Source of the DNA: Mizuhopecten yessoensis
Taxonomy: Eukaryota
Length of the DNA: 64,000 nucleotides
Assembly: GCF_002113885.1 (NCBI RefSeq)
Contig: NW_018408622.1
Coordinates: 206,312-270,311, forward strand
Direction: 5' to 3'
The stretch's first letter is position 1, and each line of letters opens with the position of its first letter. The notes beneath the pieces were generated by a model. That model was not told the origin of the DNA. It saw nothing but the letters and a program-made list of their open reading frames with translations, and did not search any database. This document shows, one piece after another, positions 23,584 to 36,669 of this stretch. Made by a program: the position numbers and the translations under genes.

Positions 23584-25841
23584 AATTGACCAATGCTTAC
23601 ATATTTGTATGTGTGAACCAAATAACCTGTTTGGAGATATTTTATAACGATGATTGTGAATTCCCCTAAATTCACCCCCTTTTTGTGTCAGTTCATGATA
23701 TGCTACCTTTTGCGTTTTTGTGTCCTATCTACTTAAGTTGAATTCTAATTTCGTTGGAAACTATAACAGCCAAATTCAGATTTCGACCTCGTGTTTTAAC
23801 TTGTAAATAATATGTATGTTATGATAACGTTTTGTGCATTATCAAACAAATATTTACATTATGGATTTGGAAACGAAACAAAAAATTCGTCGTAAGATTT
23901 TGCAACTTTGCAATGAAGAACTAAAGGTGACAGCGCGATGATGTTTTGAATAAAAAAAAGTATGACGAGCTTGAAATGGGTCTATATACATGTCGATATC
24001 TTCGAAAACAACAATAGCTGAAATAATCTAGAACGTTAATCAACTTTAGCATAAAGCCTGTGCGACAGGAAGATTCATCTTCGATATTGTTTAAAGCGGT
24101 GGCAATGAACGCAATTGAAATATATATCAATTTTAAAAAAGACGTTATCTATTTATATTACTTTAATTATAAAATATTTAAATAATTTATATATAGATAA
24201 ACGTGTATATGTTTTTTTTATTCAACTCAGAAAATGATTTATTGGGCACAGAGCCGTGCCATTGGGCTTGACCCTCTTTAATCAAAAACTGCTTAGTTGA
24301 TGATTTGGACATCAAACGGCAGTGACTAAGTGATGTGTACTCATTAACATTGTCGTATATTTCCGTCAGTGGTATAGATCTTCTCTAAAGATCTGTACGC
24401 TACATTGGATGTTAAAAAAAATACATTTTTCACAAATGAATATCCTACTTTACAGCGTTTTCTTCCGCTAGAGTGCTTGTAACGTAATGGGGTCCATACA
24501 TGTGTCTGCATGTTACGCTGTAGTGTTTACGTCATCGATCCCTAGTTCACCTGTCGGTCCCTAAAACAATGTGTCCCAAACAATGCCCTGTGTCATCTGA
24601 CAATGGCCGTTACCGAACCACCATTGTATGCGCAGTAGACACTGAAACGGTGCACGCCCCGCGCATTCAACCGTGTTTCGAGCTATAGATATTCCCCATA
24701 CCGTTATTTTAAAGCATTCTGCATTGGACCGCATGTCATTGTAGCGAATTTTTGTTCCCGAATGCCGCAAACGTTTGCCCTTTATCATTGTAGAAATATG
24801 TTTCTGTGCCTAATATGAAACCTAAGTACCGCAGAACATATTTTGGTTTATTCATATCTGTGAACCCGTGCAACGAGAGCAGATCAAAGGGCAGATAACT
24901 GTTGTAGCGGGACTCTCTGCCTAACGGTGTTAGTGTTTATGTTTTATCTCCACAATGATCGACTTAAGGCCTACAGTCCCGTCTTTCTAAAGCGGTTGAT
25001 ACAATCTTTTGTTTCGCCCCTCGCACGAATTTCTTTTGTTTGTCTTCCTGACCGTCTCTCTGTGAGGATCAGTAATCAGCTAGATTTCTATCACCCTCCA
25101 GGTCGCAAAAGTATAATGTGTTATTGTGTACTTAATGTGTATTTAGGCATTGTTTAGTGTCTCATGCATTTTTTAACGTTTAATATATTTTTTTGCTTAG
25201 CCCATTTCATCCGACACAAATAAGTTACCGAGTATCATATTATAATTCAACACTTTTTTTCCAAATAGTTCCGTCCAGTTGCTAAATGTAGATTGTATAC
25301 AGATCTATATAGAAAAACTAGCGAAATGATTATAATCACATACATATTACACTGGTCGTGCAAAATGAACCTATAAGCACGTATTTGACATCGTTTTAAC
25401 TTCCAATGCCGATATACACTATGTAATTGAACATCATGACAATGGAGAAAATTCCGTAAGAAAAAAATAAAACACGTAAAAGTTTACTTGTATATTTTAT
25501 TTTATTTAAAATCTCCTTTCCCCATCCATCACAATAGTTTCATTTGATTATCGCTTATTGCGCAAAAATAATGATAATAATAACTAAATCCATCCCTAGG
25601 ACTCCATCAAACATTCGTCAGCATAATACCTTCCGGACATAATACAACGCATGACCGGAAGTACATACAACCGGAAACCACGTAATTGTAGACGCCGTAG
25701 CTGTTTTGTTCCTATAAAAGATGAATTATGAAATGAAAATCAAAGTGTTTAATAAAACTATAAAAATATAAATTTAAAAAACTAAAAAAAATAGTGGAAG
25801 CCGAAATTTGCGACCTGTCGGTTTTCGATAAAAACTTGTTA

Positions 25842-25871
25842 ATTCTATGATTTAGAGTTATTTTAAAATGA

Positions 25872-25904
<33 letters not shown>
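25842..25904 (+). mobile_element. Very short poly(A)-tailed retro-insertion with TSD
   Basis: Reads AAAAACTTGTTA (25830-25841), ~30-nt body, AATAAA running into an A-run of ~31, then CTTGTTA (ending 25911). Confidence 0.65.
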
Positions 25905-25906
<2 letters not shown>

Positions 25907-26601
25907 TGTTAGTATGATTGACAACCTCTAGGCCTACTTAGTCTGTATGTCAACAGGTGCTTGTCCAATAACGCCTAACATTATTGTATCATTTTTTGAG
26001 ATTCTACTCCTTCTAGTTTATGAAGAGAAACTTGTACGGGATAACATTGCACTTGTCCACGTCGGTATCGCTGAAGGATACAACATCTTCTGTATACATT
26101 TGTATTTATGGTCTAATTATGTTGCTGTGATGAAAAGGCGCAGTTTTTTTAATAGAATGCACTAATTTGACCTATACTCCAGTAATGAAATCGACCGACA
26201 TTTCTGAATTATATATTAATCTAAATTTGCATTCGTGTATAAAAAAACAATATTACAAGAGGAAAATGTTTGTTTCTTTCAAAAAATGTGCTTCTGAACC
26301 TTTCGAAATATCTGTTAGGGATCAGGAAAAAAATCACTATATATTTCACATCTAGTGATTAAATGTCCGACATCAATGACGTCATAGAACTGACTAGTCC
26401 AGCAACAGATCAAACTATATTAATAAAAAAATAAAATTAAAAAAAATCCCATAGACCAATGAAATAACTGTAAATGAATTCAAAAATAGTATTGTCCCTT
26501 ATATAATAGCAGTTGAAAGACAAGACGATATAAGCACTTACAGTAGAATGTGTTACCGTGGCAACCGCTCAAATAGCGTTACCGTAGTAACTACTTAAAA
26601 C

Positions 26602-26669
26602 TATATACATCACGAGATATATATTTATTTACAAATGTACAATATTTTTCTTGTGTGAATGTATTTACA
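26602..26669 (-). promoter_or_regulatory. Candidate poly(A) signal region of the BAMBI-like 3' UTR
   Basis: Minus-strand AATAAA at 26629-26624 overlapping TGTAAATA, with neighbouring TGTA motifs, 1.8 kb past the stop codon. Confidence 0.4.
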
Positions 26670-28430
26670 TTATACCTTTAAACTGCGCGAGCTCGAACTC
26701 TGTTCTGCTCTCGAATATTTTGATATCAATTCGTTCATGTCAAAAGTACGCACAGAAATTTTCCAATGATAAAATTACAGCAACTTAAGTTATATTTTGA
26801 TTGATTTGATTTCTTCAATATATACGATATTGCGTTTTATGTAATATTATTCTATTCTCAATATCTGTTAAGTTCGGAGCATGCGCAGTAGATGTGTGTT
26901 TGAGACATTCGCTTACCCTGAGGATTACATTGATGCTATATTTACATGAAGAGCCAGAAACACGATACAAAACAATAAAACATCCACGCGCTTTGCTGCC
27001 TTCATTTTCTTATGCTTAGCTGGAAAATGTTCAACAGTTAGTAAACAAATTACGTTCAAAATGCCATTTAAAGTGCAGATTTGATTGCAAAACGAAACCC
27101 ATCTTGTCCCGGAATCATGGGATTTTCATGAAGTTATGATGAAGTATGTTTCTTCCATATATTTGTATAGCTTTTGTAAGGAGATTTTATGTTCCTGGAC
27201 AAGTTATCTGTTAGCAAGACGAGCATTTGATCAACGATATTCTCGGGTCTCTCGAGATTCCGATTAACCGAGACGTGATCGGAGTCATTTGAGTGTTTGA
27301 TTTGTGGCTGACAGCAGGACAACAACGACAAACAGATATAAGAGGTAAACACAGTGCCCTGGCTGTTAGTTAGAGATCGGCGTTATGTACACAGTAACAG
27401 CAGCAGGTACTTGACATAATAGATGGAGTACAATGACAATTTAGAGTCACTTTCATCACACTTGTTTCACAATTGACACTCGTCTACTATCCTTCGTCTA
27501 GTTTTACGTAAGACATCGCTACCACTTATCTCTCAACCCTTCAATATAATGACACACACTTTCCATACATCACATATCAATATCCGTTCACTCATTATAT
27601 TATACATCATTACAGCACAACATCTCTACTGCAAATACTGTCATACATTTTCCCTTTCATTCTATTTCTTGTGCACGTCGCCCGTATTTCGTTCCTCTAG
27701 CGTTTCACCCTCACTCTCTATAAATAATTATGGAACATATTTAACGATTAGATTAATGCAGGACACGTGACCGGAAATGACATATGTACACTGATACATA
27801 AATGAGACATTGTCCGCGTTGGCTACCCTTTCTTGTGTGTCTTCCAAGTTACCTTCACTTCCGAGATGTTGCATCTTTGAGCGAGCAACATCACGTGGAT
27901 ATGGGGTTAACTTATAGCCTCTTTCAATTAATCAATTGCACAATTGTTTCTTATCAAGACTATTGTGGGTTTTTTGGTGCCGCCCGGACGATCCCGGTAG
28001 CAAATGGATTTGAAAATGTGCGTGAAAAATCGAAAAATTTGATGTCACTGTATGAAAATTCGCCATCTTTTTAGTTTATGTTTCACATTTAACCAGAAAG
28101 AATATTGCATTTCTAGCAAAATATCAGTCACATACATGCCTATTCAGTCGAGGCAGTAAAACTTACTCCAGCTGTAGTTCGTTCCACTTGTTTGTTGGGA
28201 ACAAACGTTTCGTATTTTAGCTGATCACATATTGGCCGTCGTGATGTATTAGCACTTCCCTGAATAGGCCACAGTCTGAAGTCAGATTTAAACCCCTAGT
28301 CATGTCATATAACCAGAACCATTTTGTAAGGTGTCAAGCGTTCTGGTGAGCGTGTCAAACACTTTGACAGACTGTGTTGTGGGGTAGCCGGTAAAATGTG
28401 TTTAGTAATTGGTGATTACATCAGCCAACC

Positions 28431-28783
28431 CTATAAGAATAATTTTGTTTCACTGCCCGAGGACGATCGCTCACTGTCCGTACACCTGTTTAGTTTGCAT
28501 GCGTTCGCACACTTTGCGTCACTGCAATGTTGATGATGTTGGGGTACCGAGACGGTCCTTGGATACTGGTACCGCTCGTAGTAGTCTGTGCGCCTGCGCA
28601 AGAGATACATAGCGAAGATGATGAGAGCAAGGAGAACACAGACTCCAGCAACCGGTACTGCTATGTAGATAGGATTGATCATATTGTTTGAGGTGTTGGT
28701 CCCATGCTGGTTCGGACATCCGGCCGGTTGTGGTGTAGGCTCAGTGTTGAAATCCTCGTACACCGGTTCTTCAACTTTCGGTA
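28431..28783 (-). CDS. BAMBI: BAMBI-like TGF-beta pseudoreceptor, last exon (stalk, TM helix, short kinase-less tail)
   Basis: Minus-strand polypyrimidine acceptor ...ttttacag|TA, phase 1; 353 nt to TAG. TM IYIAVPVAGVCVLLALIIFAMYLLRRR resembles BAMBI 'IAVPIAGGLILVLLIMLALRMLR'. The protein ends ...SSSGSETKLFL* with no kinase domain. Confidence 0.88.
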
Positions 28784-30249
28784 CTGTAAAAAGAAAGGAA
28801 AACGGAACTAGAGACAGGACAAATATTAGTATGACGTCATGCATCAGCATGTTTAGAGGGTATAGCTGAAAACACATACATTTTAATTCATGAAAAAACG
28901 GTCAAATTATTTAAAATAGTTCGTACATCATTAAATTGTTTTAAAACTACAACCATTACCATCTTGTACCCCATAGTCTTGTCTACAACATGTCCATGAT
29001 GACTGGAGTTATTTCGAATTTCTTTGAGAATATTACGAAGACCGACAAGTCATTTTTACGATGTAATGTATATACATGGTATGACACGCTTACAATAGCC
29101 ATTCCTTCTTTGCTAATAATTGGAATTTAATTACCAATGCTTTTAAAAGGGTGGGTTGACATGACAGTTAATACGGATCATACTATTACACTTTAATCAA
29201 CGTTTCCATTGTGTGGTAAAATGCCTCTCCATCAGCCCTGCTGTCATTACGTAATGTCAAAATTATGGCAAAGCTTGGGAATTGGCGATTCCTCGGAAAT
29301 TACCTTAATACGTGCAATGCAATCAACTTACAAAGATATTCCTATGTAAATAAGTCCGTTAAAACAGTTCAAACAGTGTCCTGTGTTCTTTTAACAATTG
29401 AAGCAGCTAACTGTTTCACACAGTACAGAGTGTGATGGCTGGTAATACCAGGGTTCTACCATGATTGTATCGACGGTGAATTGGATGTTTAACAGTGTGA
29501 AGGAAACTAATGACAAATACTATTAATTTTGAAAATATTGATATTTGAGAATTGAAACTTTGTGCAGACTTTAGTAAGCATGTATTATAATGCATTATAT
29601 CTTTTCCGTGTATTGGTTACACGACTTGATAATTGAGTATGAGAAGTTTTCGCTTGCACTTGCTTCCTACGCATTAAGGTAATTCAACATTATTTGTATT
29701 ACAAAAATAAATAGATATTTTTTTTAAGTAAAATCTAAATAGCCTAGATACTACTTGGTATTCCGTTGCAATTTACTACAATTTGTTCGAACAGCTGGAG
29801 ATGGTGAAAATACAAGAACGTTGCCAAATACTGGTCTTGTTTTGCCTACACGGAAGTTATACAATACGCGGCGTCATTGCATATATAAAAATAATAAGCC
29901 TTGGTGTACGTGTTTGCTAGTTATTAAATGTGTATGCTGTAGTTTGTAACTAGGTGTGCAATGGTTAATACTGATTGCACCCTGTTGTTCAATAGTATTG
30001 CTATTTTGTCAATAAAGTTGCAAGAACGCAGAAGTGCAAGTGTTTTGTAAATTATATCATACTGTACAACGTCATTGCTACCTGTCCTTACATTCCGACC
30101 TAATTACATGTAATGCTTAGTGTATTTGCATGGGTTTTTGCAAGTTACAGGCTACTCGCACCGAGTTCTGCAGACTGTTTGCATCTAGACGTGTAAAATT
30201 AAGTCTATGTGTGTATGTTGTTCAATATGTAACATTGCACGATATTTAC

Positions 30250-30513
30250 CTGGTCGTGGCGGCTGTGTGGGCACCACGTCCTTGTTACAGAAACTTTTAT
30301 CATTACAGCAGTGAAGAACTGGCCACGCGGCCCTCAGCTTGGCAGGGCGACGGTTTTCACACAGCAAGGGCGTACTGCTGTCGATGCATCCCCGGGATGT
30401 CAGATGGCTAAACAGAGGGTCATCGATCGTCTCGCTGTAACAGTAGTGCGACGCCCGACACGTTGTCATCTTCCGGTCCATGCATTCCTGGGTTGTGCAC
30501 GCGCACTCCAGCC
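30250..30513 (-). CDS. BAMBI: BAMBI-like pseudoreceptor, ectodomain exon (three-finger / activin receptor type I fold)
   Basis: Acceptor ttctcgttacag|GG, donor CCAG|gtaaat; 264 nt, phase 1-1. LECACTTQECMDRKMTTCRASHYCYSE...RGCID...LLCE...LHCCNDKSFCN has 10 Cys with CxC and a CC-x5-CN cysteine box. Confidence 0.9.
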
Positions 30514-32534
30514 CTGTAACGAGAAAAATAGAATCTCGGTAAGATTTATACGGAACGAAACAAACAAAATCGTGTACATCAGCAAAAGATGCTTTGCGGA
30601 GAGAACCAATCTCCATTCATATATTTGTATAAACGGTAATTACCTCGAACGAAAATCTCAAGAATGAATCGTTTGTTTTAGCAGTACATTATTATTGTGT
30701 AAAAAGAGTGACAAGATGAATCACTTTTACCCTCTAGGTTTACTTCGGTAAATGATAAATCGTTGTATCCTTTTAACCCGGCTCTAGGTTTTATAGGTAG
30801 AATGCTGTTCCGGGTAGCGTCCCGCCCCCTCGTATTCATCCCGTGTCTGTTCCAACCACGCCCCACCATTTACTGCCTTCCTGCTGTGTGACGCCCCCTA
30901 CATTTACACAGTGCCGAGCGGGTATTGTACACCGCCATTCGTTTTGACCCTGTACAATATTCTACATGATTTGAGTGTTCATTTGACAGTCTCAGGTTGG
31001 TCTGTTTATTGAATAGCGGCACAGGGATGTGTAATATATTCTCTGTGTTTAGAGGATGATAGTGATAGGGGCGTGGTAGACCGCCGACCCCCTCGTCAAT
31101 CGCACTGTGTAAACAGTGAAATGCCCACCATTTTGTCAACAACACAAAGCTACAAAGCCGTGTGCGTCGTGAAAATTTGTGAATGACCGTCGCTTTCGAA
31201 AAATGCTCCTGAAATATCAACGCAAGATTTCCCAAACACACGAAAACTCAGCATTAAAGCGTTATCAAAATCAATTAAAAAAAAATTGGGGGTAAAACTC
31301 TCTTGATTTATTGAAATTAAAACGAATCATATGTGATTTTGCGTTAAGAGTTACAACTCTCAGGCACACAACTTTCTTACTGTAGGGTTATAAACTAAAT
31401 CAACTTTTAAAATCTAACTTAACGAAGCTTGATACACTTGTCAATCTACTTTTCCTTCTTTACAGGATATTGGCCAATTTCAACAATTTGAAGATTTATG
31501 TCAGAGGAGGAGAAGGAAGGTTTGTTCGACAGATAGAGCTTCATTTGAGTTTGTAAAATGACGGTCGAGGCTTGATTTAAAAAATGGGTTGTGATGCTAG
31601 AAAACATATAAGAAGGGAGCTTATTTTACTCTGGTATAGGTCAATCAAGGGCATTAAGGAGAACATGCATGTCATAAACTTTGTTTGTACTCCAGACGAG
31701 ATAAAAGAACCTTTTTTTTATAGTTTATACCCATCGATCGACAACAATACATGTACATGCAATCAGAAATACCTTTGCAACAATATTATGATACTGTTTA
31801 AAACTGTCAAGCTTTAAACCAATGGTTTGACTTGAGAAATATGTCTGTTTTCTTTCTGAGACATGTTATTGGATATATACAATATACACATAGTCTCTTT
31901 AAAATCGGTACAACAAAACCCCACAATCATTCTCATCTTTGTATTCTGCAGTAATGATGTCATATACTATCTCTGATTAAATAATACACGTTGTGCGAAT
32001 TCTACGTCCTAATCACGTCTTAACGTACATAAATAAATGCTGATCATTGGGGCATGAACGCTTTGATGTTGTATATCATATATGCATATCTTTACTTATA
32101 TAGCACACCTGATTAGATGTTTTGGCGACCGGAGCCGCGCCGGGCCGTATTACAATGTCCATGCACTTTGTCCGCTCAACCGGCTAATAACCTGCATGTT
32201 ATTGTGTCTATAATGATCTACAGCGCTATCTCAGAGTCTATAAGCGACCTGTAAGATCAAGGGAGGGTAACGTCTTTTGTCCAACAACGCCAAAATGTCT
32301 GAGCTTTAAATTAATAAGGTAATGTACAAGTATGATCGGCTCGGATTAGACGGCTCAATATCATTGAGATTTTCATTACCAGCCTTCAGTGCAGAGTGCC
32401 TTTTATAATGATTGTCCTAAACGGTTCGGTGATATTGTTATTGTAAGGTTTTTAGTCGGGTTCTCTAATGTGTTCAGGCAATTATACAATGTTAAACCTT
32501 TCCTATCATATAAAGTCGTTCTAATTGGACTCCG

Positions 32535-32642
32535 TGGATTGTTTGTGTTTTACGTCCTATTCACAGCTATGGTCATTTAACGATGTGCCACGATTGTGTG
32601 GTGGAGGGAAACCGGACTACCCGCAAAAAAATCAGGAACCTG
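32535..32642 (-). mobile_element. 3' fragment of a V-domain SINE
   Basis: Reverse complement reads GCGGGTAGTCCGGTTTCCCTCCACC...GGCACATCGTTAAATGACCATAGCTGTGAATAGGACGTAAAACACAAAC, the same tail as 12703-12847. Confidence 0.7.
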
Positions 32643-35209
32643 AGGAAAAAAAGGACTAAATGAAATTCATGTATGCAAAATTAAAAAGAGCAAAGTCATG
32701 TTATATCTTCAGAACCCCATATATTGGGCAGGATGTATTGAAATTTTATCAAATGTTTCAATGATCAAATCGGTAGTTATAGCTATGTTGGCAGTGTTGC
32801 TTGTTTAGTAATTAAAAATAAATGTTTATATACGTAGCTTCATCTGGTCTGGAAATGAAGGGCGTTTTCATCTTTGATATATATTGACAATTTTTATTCA
32901 AAAGGGTGTCATAAAATAATACAAAACCAAGTCACTGATGTTAAAGAATTGCGTAGTGAAGCAAATCCTTGACTTAAAACTGCTGAAAACCAAGGCTATG
33001 TTCATAAAAAATGTTCATCAAACAGTTCTGGATCGGAAAGCAGTAAACAGGCGTAATGATCGAGTATGGTTCCCCGTGACAGTCAACATCGATACGGCGT
33101 TACACAAGGGACACGACCTAATTCGGTATTATTGCAGAAGCGAAATTTAATAGTTTTCAAACTCCATTTCATAAAAATATTCACTCAACAAAATGAAGGC
33201 AATTCAAAAACACATTTTCAGCAAATTCAGCTGAGCATGAGAGACTGTTTTGTTCTAAATAAAAAATATCTTTCAACAAACCGATTGTTTTGAAATTGTT
33301 CCTTCATTAACGCTAATGATCAATTGTCTTTAGAATCGTGACGAGAGACTTAAAGCGTGCAGTCCCCAATGCACACGAAATGGTCTCATTGTAAACGCGC
33401 GGGTATGCCGCATGTCATGCTAAAAATTTAAACGATATTGCTGAGAAATAACGCTCATTGATTGCTTTTATGTAGCGGTCACGTGTACCTGTTGTATTCC
33501 ATATAATTTCAAACAAGTTTTGTATAATGGAAGTCACGAAGACCTTTGGAAAATGTGTTTGCAGGTTGAATATAAACGTGATAAACGAGTGTTAAGCACG
33601 GTAAACCGGAAGTTGGGTGACAAAGATTCTAATAAATTGAAATTTGCGAGATGGGACTTGAAAAATATAATATACATCATGCATTTTTAATATACTTCTC
33701 CTTTCCAAAAACTCAACAATTTAGGCGCTGTTAGCGGTATCTTTTGAGAATGTCATTATGATCGAGATACACGGGATGTTTGTTACAATATTGAACACTA
33801 GGAAACATCAAAGCGCCCGGGTGAATTTGACACGCTCTCGACAAGGGAGCTATCTTCCTGTTTTGCTATTACTTGAAATTGCTTTCATTAGAATGTTTGG
33901 TTAGCTTACTGAACGTGACACTCAAACTCTCACCAATCGGTTTGTTCGGTTATACATCCGGAATAAGTTTAAACTATACGAAATATGAAATCATAAACAA
34001 TTTCCGCAAACCGGAGCTATAAGAAATTTACTGTTGCAACATACATTTTGATTTAGTTATAAGGGGGTTGAGACGGATATTAATTTGTATCTACCGTGCG
34101 ATACAGGGAAGAAGGTGTAGCGTGTAGCGTTACGCTGTTGCGTGCGAATATCTTCCGATCCTCCCAGAGGCAGTCGTGGAAACACACGTTTTTAAGAATT
34201 TATTTGAATATTGGAAAATGGATGGAAACCTTTGAAAAATAATATTTTACTAGCATTGACTGTAATCGTCACGGGATACGAAGAAAAGTATAATGTTGAA
34301 ATGAAAATCGATAAACGGCAGGCCTATGAAATATTGAAACGATGGTGTAATTTTCAAGATATCTCACGAGGCAATGGGCAAATGAAATGCATCAAAGCCG
34401 CACGGCGTTTTCGAAAGAAACTGACATTTTCTATCACCTGTTATGTTCAAAAACGTCAGCAAACGAGGCAATAGAGAATATGAATAATAATATATTTGTA
34501 AATGAAAACCAAGTGCCAGAAGAAGAGATTGTGCATGTTGTTGTACATGTATACCAATCCCAATATAAACGCAAAGTTTTGACATAAATGATTAAAACCT
34601 TATTTTCTTTATATTGGATTGTCTTAGAAAACGATATAAAGATGTTTGACCTATATATTATCGATACGCCCCTACCATTACTACAATACGCTATCAGAAC
34701 GTGCGTTGACTGTTACGTGTTAAGACTATTTTCACAGATTTGTTATACACACATTACAACCGAAACCCTGTTTAGAAAGAAAATTGACTAATCAGAAGCG
34801 TAAACATGCGCTGACAGCTTGTATTTGTAACATTTAGCGCTGTAGTGGAAGCACAGTGTTTTGTATGGGGTTACATCTGCGATCTGACTGTAAACATACT
34901 TTGCTAAAGTCTTGATCGAATACCAATGCTCGTCAATGAATGTGCATATCATAACAAACATTGAACGGGTGTGTTCCGGTAACTTTAGCTACATAACAAG
35001 ACGGGGGCGCGTGTCTGGGAAACACATATCGCACGTCGGGGGAGGTATGTACAATCGAAATAGCATTTTGTGTATGTAACGGAACACGGCATTGCAACCA
35101 GGCGGGACCCCATCCCCTTTCTTCCTTCTCGAGATAAACCAGGAGCAGGAAAGACCAAACTTCCCCTCGAGATTCGTCAAATTTTTGAACCTCTTATAAA
35201 GGCAGACTT

Positions 35210-35372
35210 CATATTACTTCATTCTTGCAGCTAGTGTTGAAAAGTTGATTATTAAGCAGGTAACACATTTACATAGGTGTCTCGACACTTGTTTTTGTTT
35301 CCTTTTCTGTTCTATAAAACATGTTCTTTGATGTATTGTCAAACACAATTTGAATAAAACAAAGTTTAAACC
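35210..35372 (+). mobile_element. Probable CR1-type 3' terminal fragment
   Basis: Similar to 12310-12472; ends GAATAAAACAAAGTTTAAACC. Confidence 0.45.
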
Positions 35373-35890
35373 ACAGACAGACTTAAGACCGTTTGACTAC
35401 CTACCATTGTGTAGAAATTGAAGCGATTTTTTTAATTTCATATTATGATATTCTGTGTTTTTCAATGTAATATAATTATGGTTGCTAAATACTACATTTT
35501 AGATATATTTTTAGTCAATTCGAGATTCTTTAAAGATCTAAAAAAAAATCAGTTAACCAAAGGTTCGGTGTAGATCGGTATCGAAACAGCATTTTATAAC
35601 GAACGCCATTTCAGAACTAATTGAATTTGGACAATTAATGTTAAGGACCTTGGTATGACTCACGGTACAACTGTTACAAAACCACGCCATCTATCGGTGT
35701 TGTCTGCTATCAAATAAAGATATCTCGTTGATTCGTACATACTGTCTTCAAATACACCAACGGCTTCGCAATAGCTTCATTTGAGTGATCTAGAATTAAC
35801 TGTTAGTTTTCGATTGCGTCTCATCTATCTTTACTGCCTCTCAGATAAACCCGACACTATAGCTCGCACACGTTCATACCAACATCTCAC

Positions 35891-35984
35891 CATCGTCGTC
35901 GTCGATAAAAATGTAATTCATGAAAAATAGACCCAACGGCAGAATAAAACCCTTCCCGATCATGCCCTCACAAGCACAAGTCAT
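35891..35984 (-). CDS. BAMBI: Candidate first coding exon (signal peptide) of the BAMBI-like gene
   Basis: ATG at 35984 (or 35963) gives MTCACEGMIGKGFILPLGLFFMNYIFIDDDD plus G|gtgaga, a phase-1 donor that joins in frame to exon 30513 (G+GG=Gly) for a 236-aa, three-exon protein. The hydrophobic core is present but the acidic c-region is atypical. Confidence 0.5.
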
Positions 35985-36669
35985 CGGTATTAAACTAGGG
36001 TCGCCATTCAAACAAATCGATGCAAAGAGTCTCCAACAACCAACGGGTAGACATACGGATTTATTTTCCGGAAAGATTGGTGGCGAGTCAATCCAATTTC
36101 ATGCAAAGTCAACATAAACTATAAATAGGAAAACGAGTATATAAATCTCGGGTTTTACACGTGATGCTGGATTGTGTGTATATATATATATATATATACC
36201 AAACTATAACAGCTGTTTACAAACTAATGAATGGCATAAAAACCCGTGAAAATGCACGCAATCTTTAGCGTGCATACATACATTTAATAACTGTGAAGGA
36301 GAATTGCTTTGAAGATGGGATGAGGTCAAGCAGACAAGAAACGTCACTCACTGATTTTCACACATTTCGAAAAATGAGATACATGTTGTAGTGCTTTGAC
36401 ATTAATATATTTCGTATATGCAGATTACCATCCTTTTTGTACAAAGCACTGATTGTTTTTTGAAGGATTATGAATGCTCGTTCGCTCTCGTTAAGTCACG
36501 GAGAGGTACCTATTGTTGCTGTTTCCATGTTCTTTTTTGCACTGTAGCCGTTGATATTCCATGTCTGAAGTTTTACAGCTATATAGATACATTGTAAGTT
36601 GAGAAAACTAGAACTAGATAAACGGGGGGCTATATAATTCTGAGATACCAATGAAGCTGTCACTTGACT

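Noticed and set aside
28409-30667. Plus-strand ORFs overlapping the BAMBI-like exons
   Set aside because: Antisense shadows of GC-richer coding exons.
30678-30869. ORF with phase-1 GT just upstream of the ectodomain exon
   Set aside because: Hydrophilic peptide with no signal sequence and a weak donor (G|GTAAAA).
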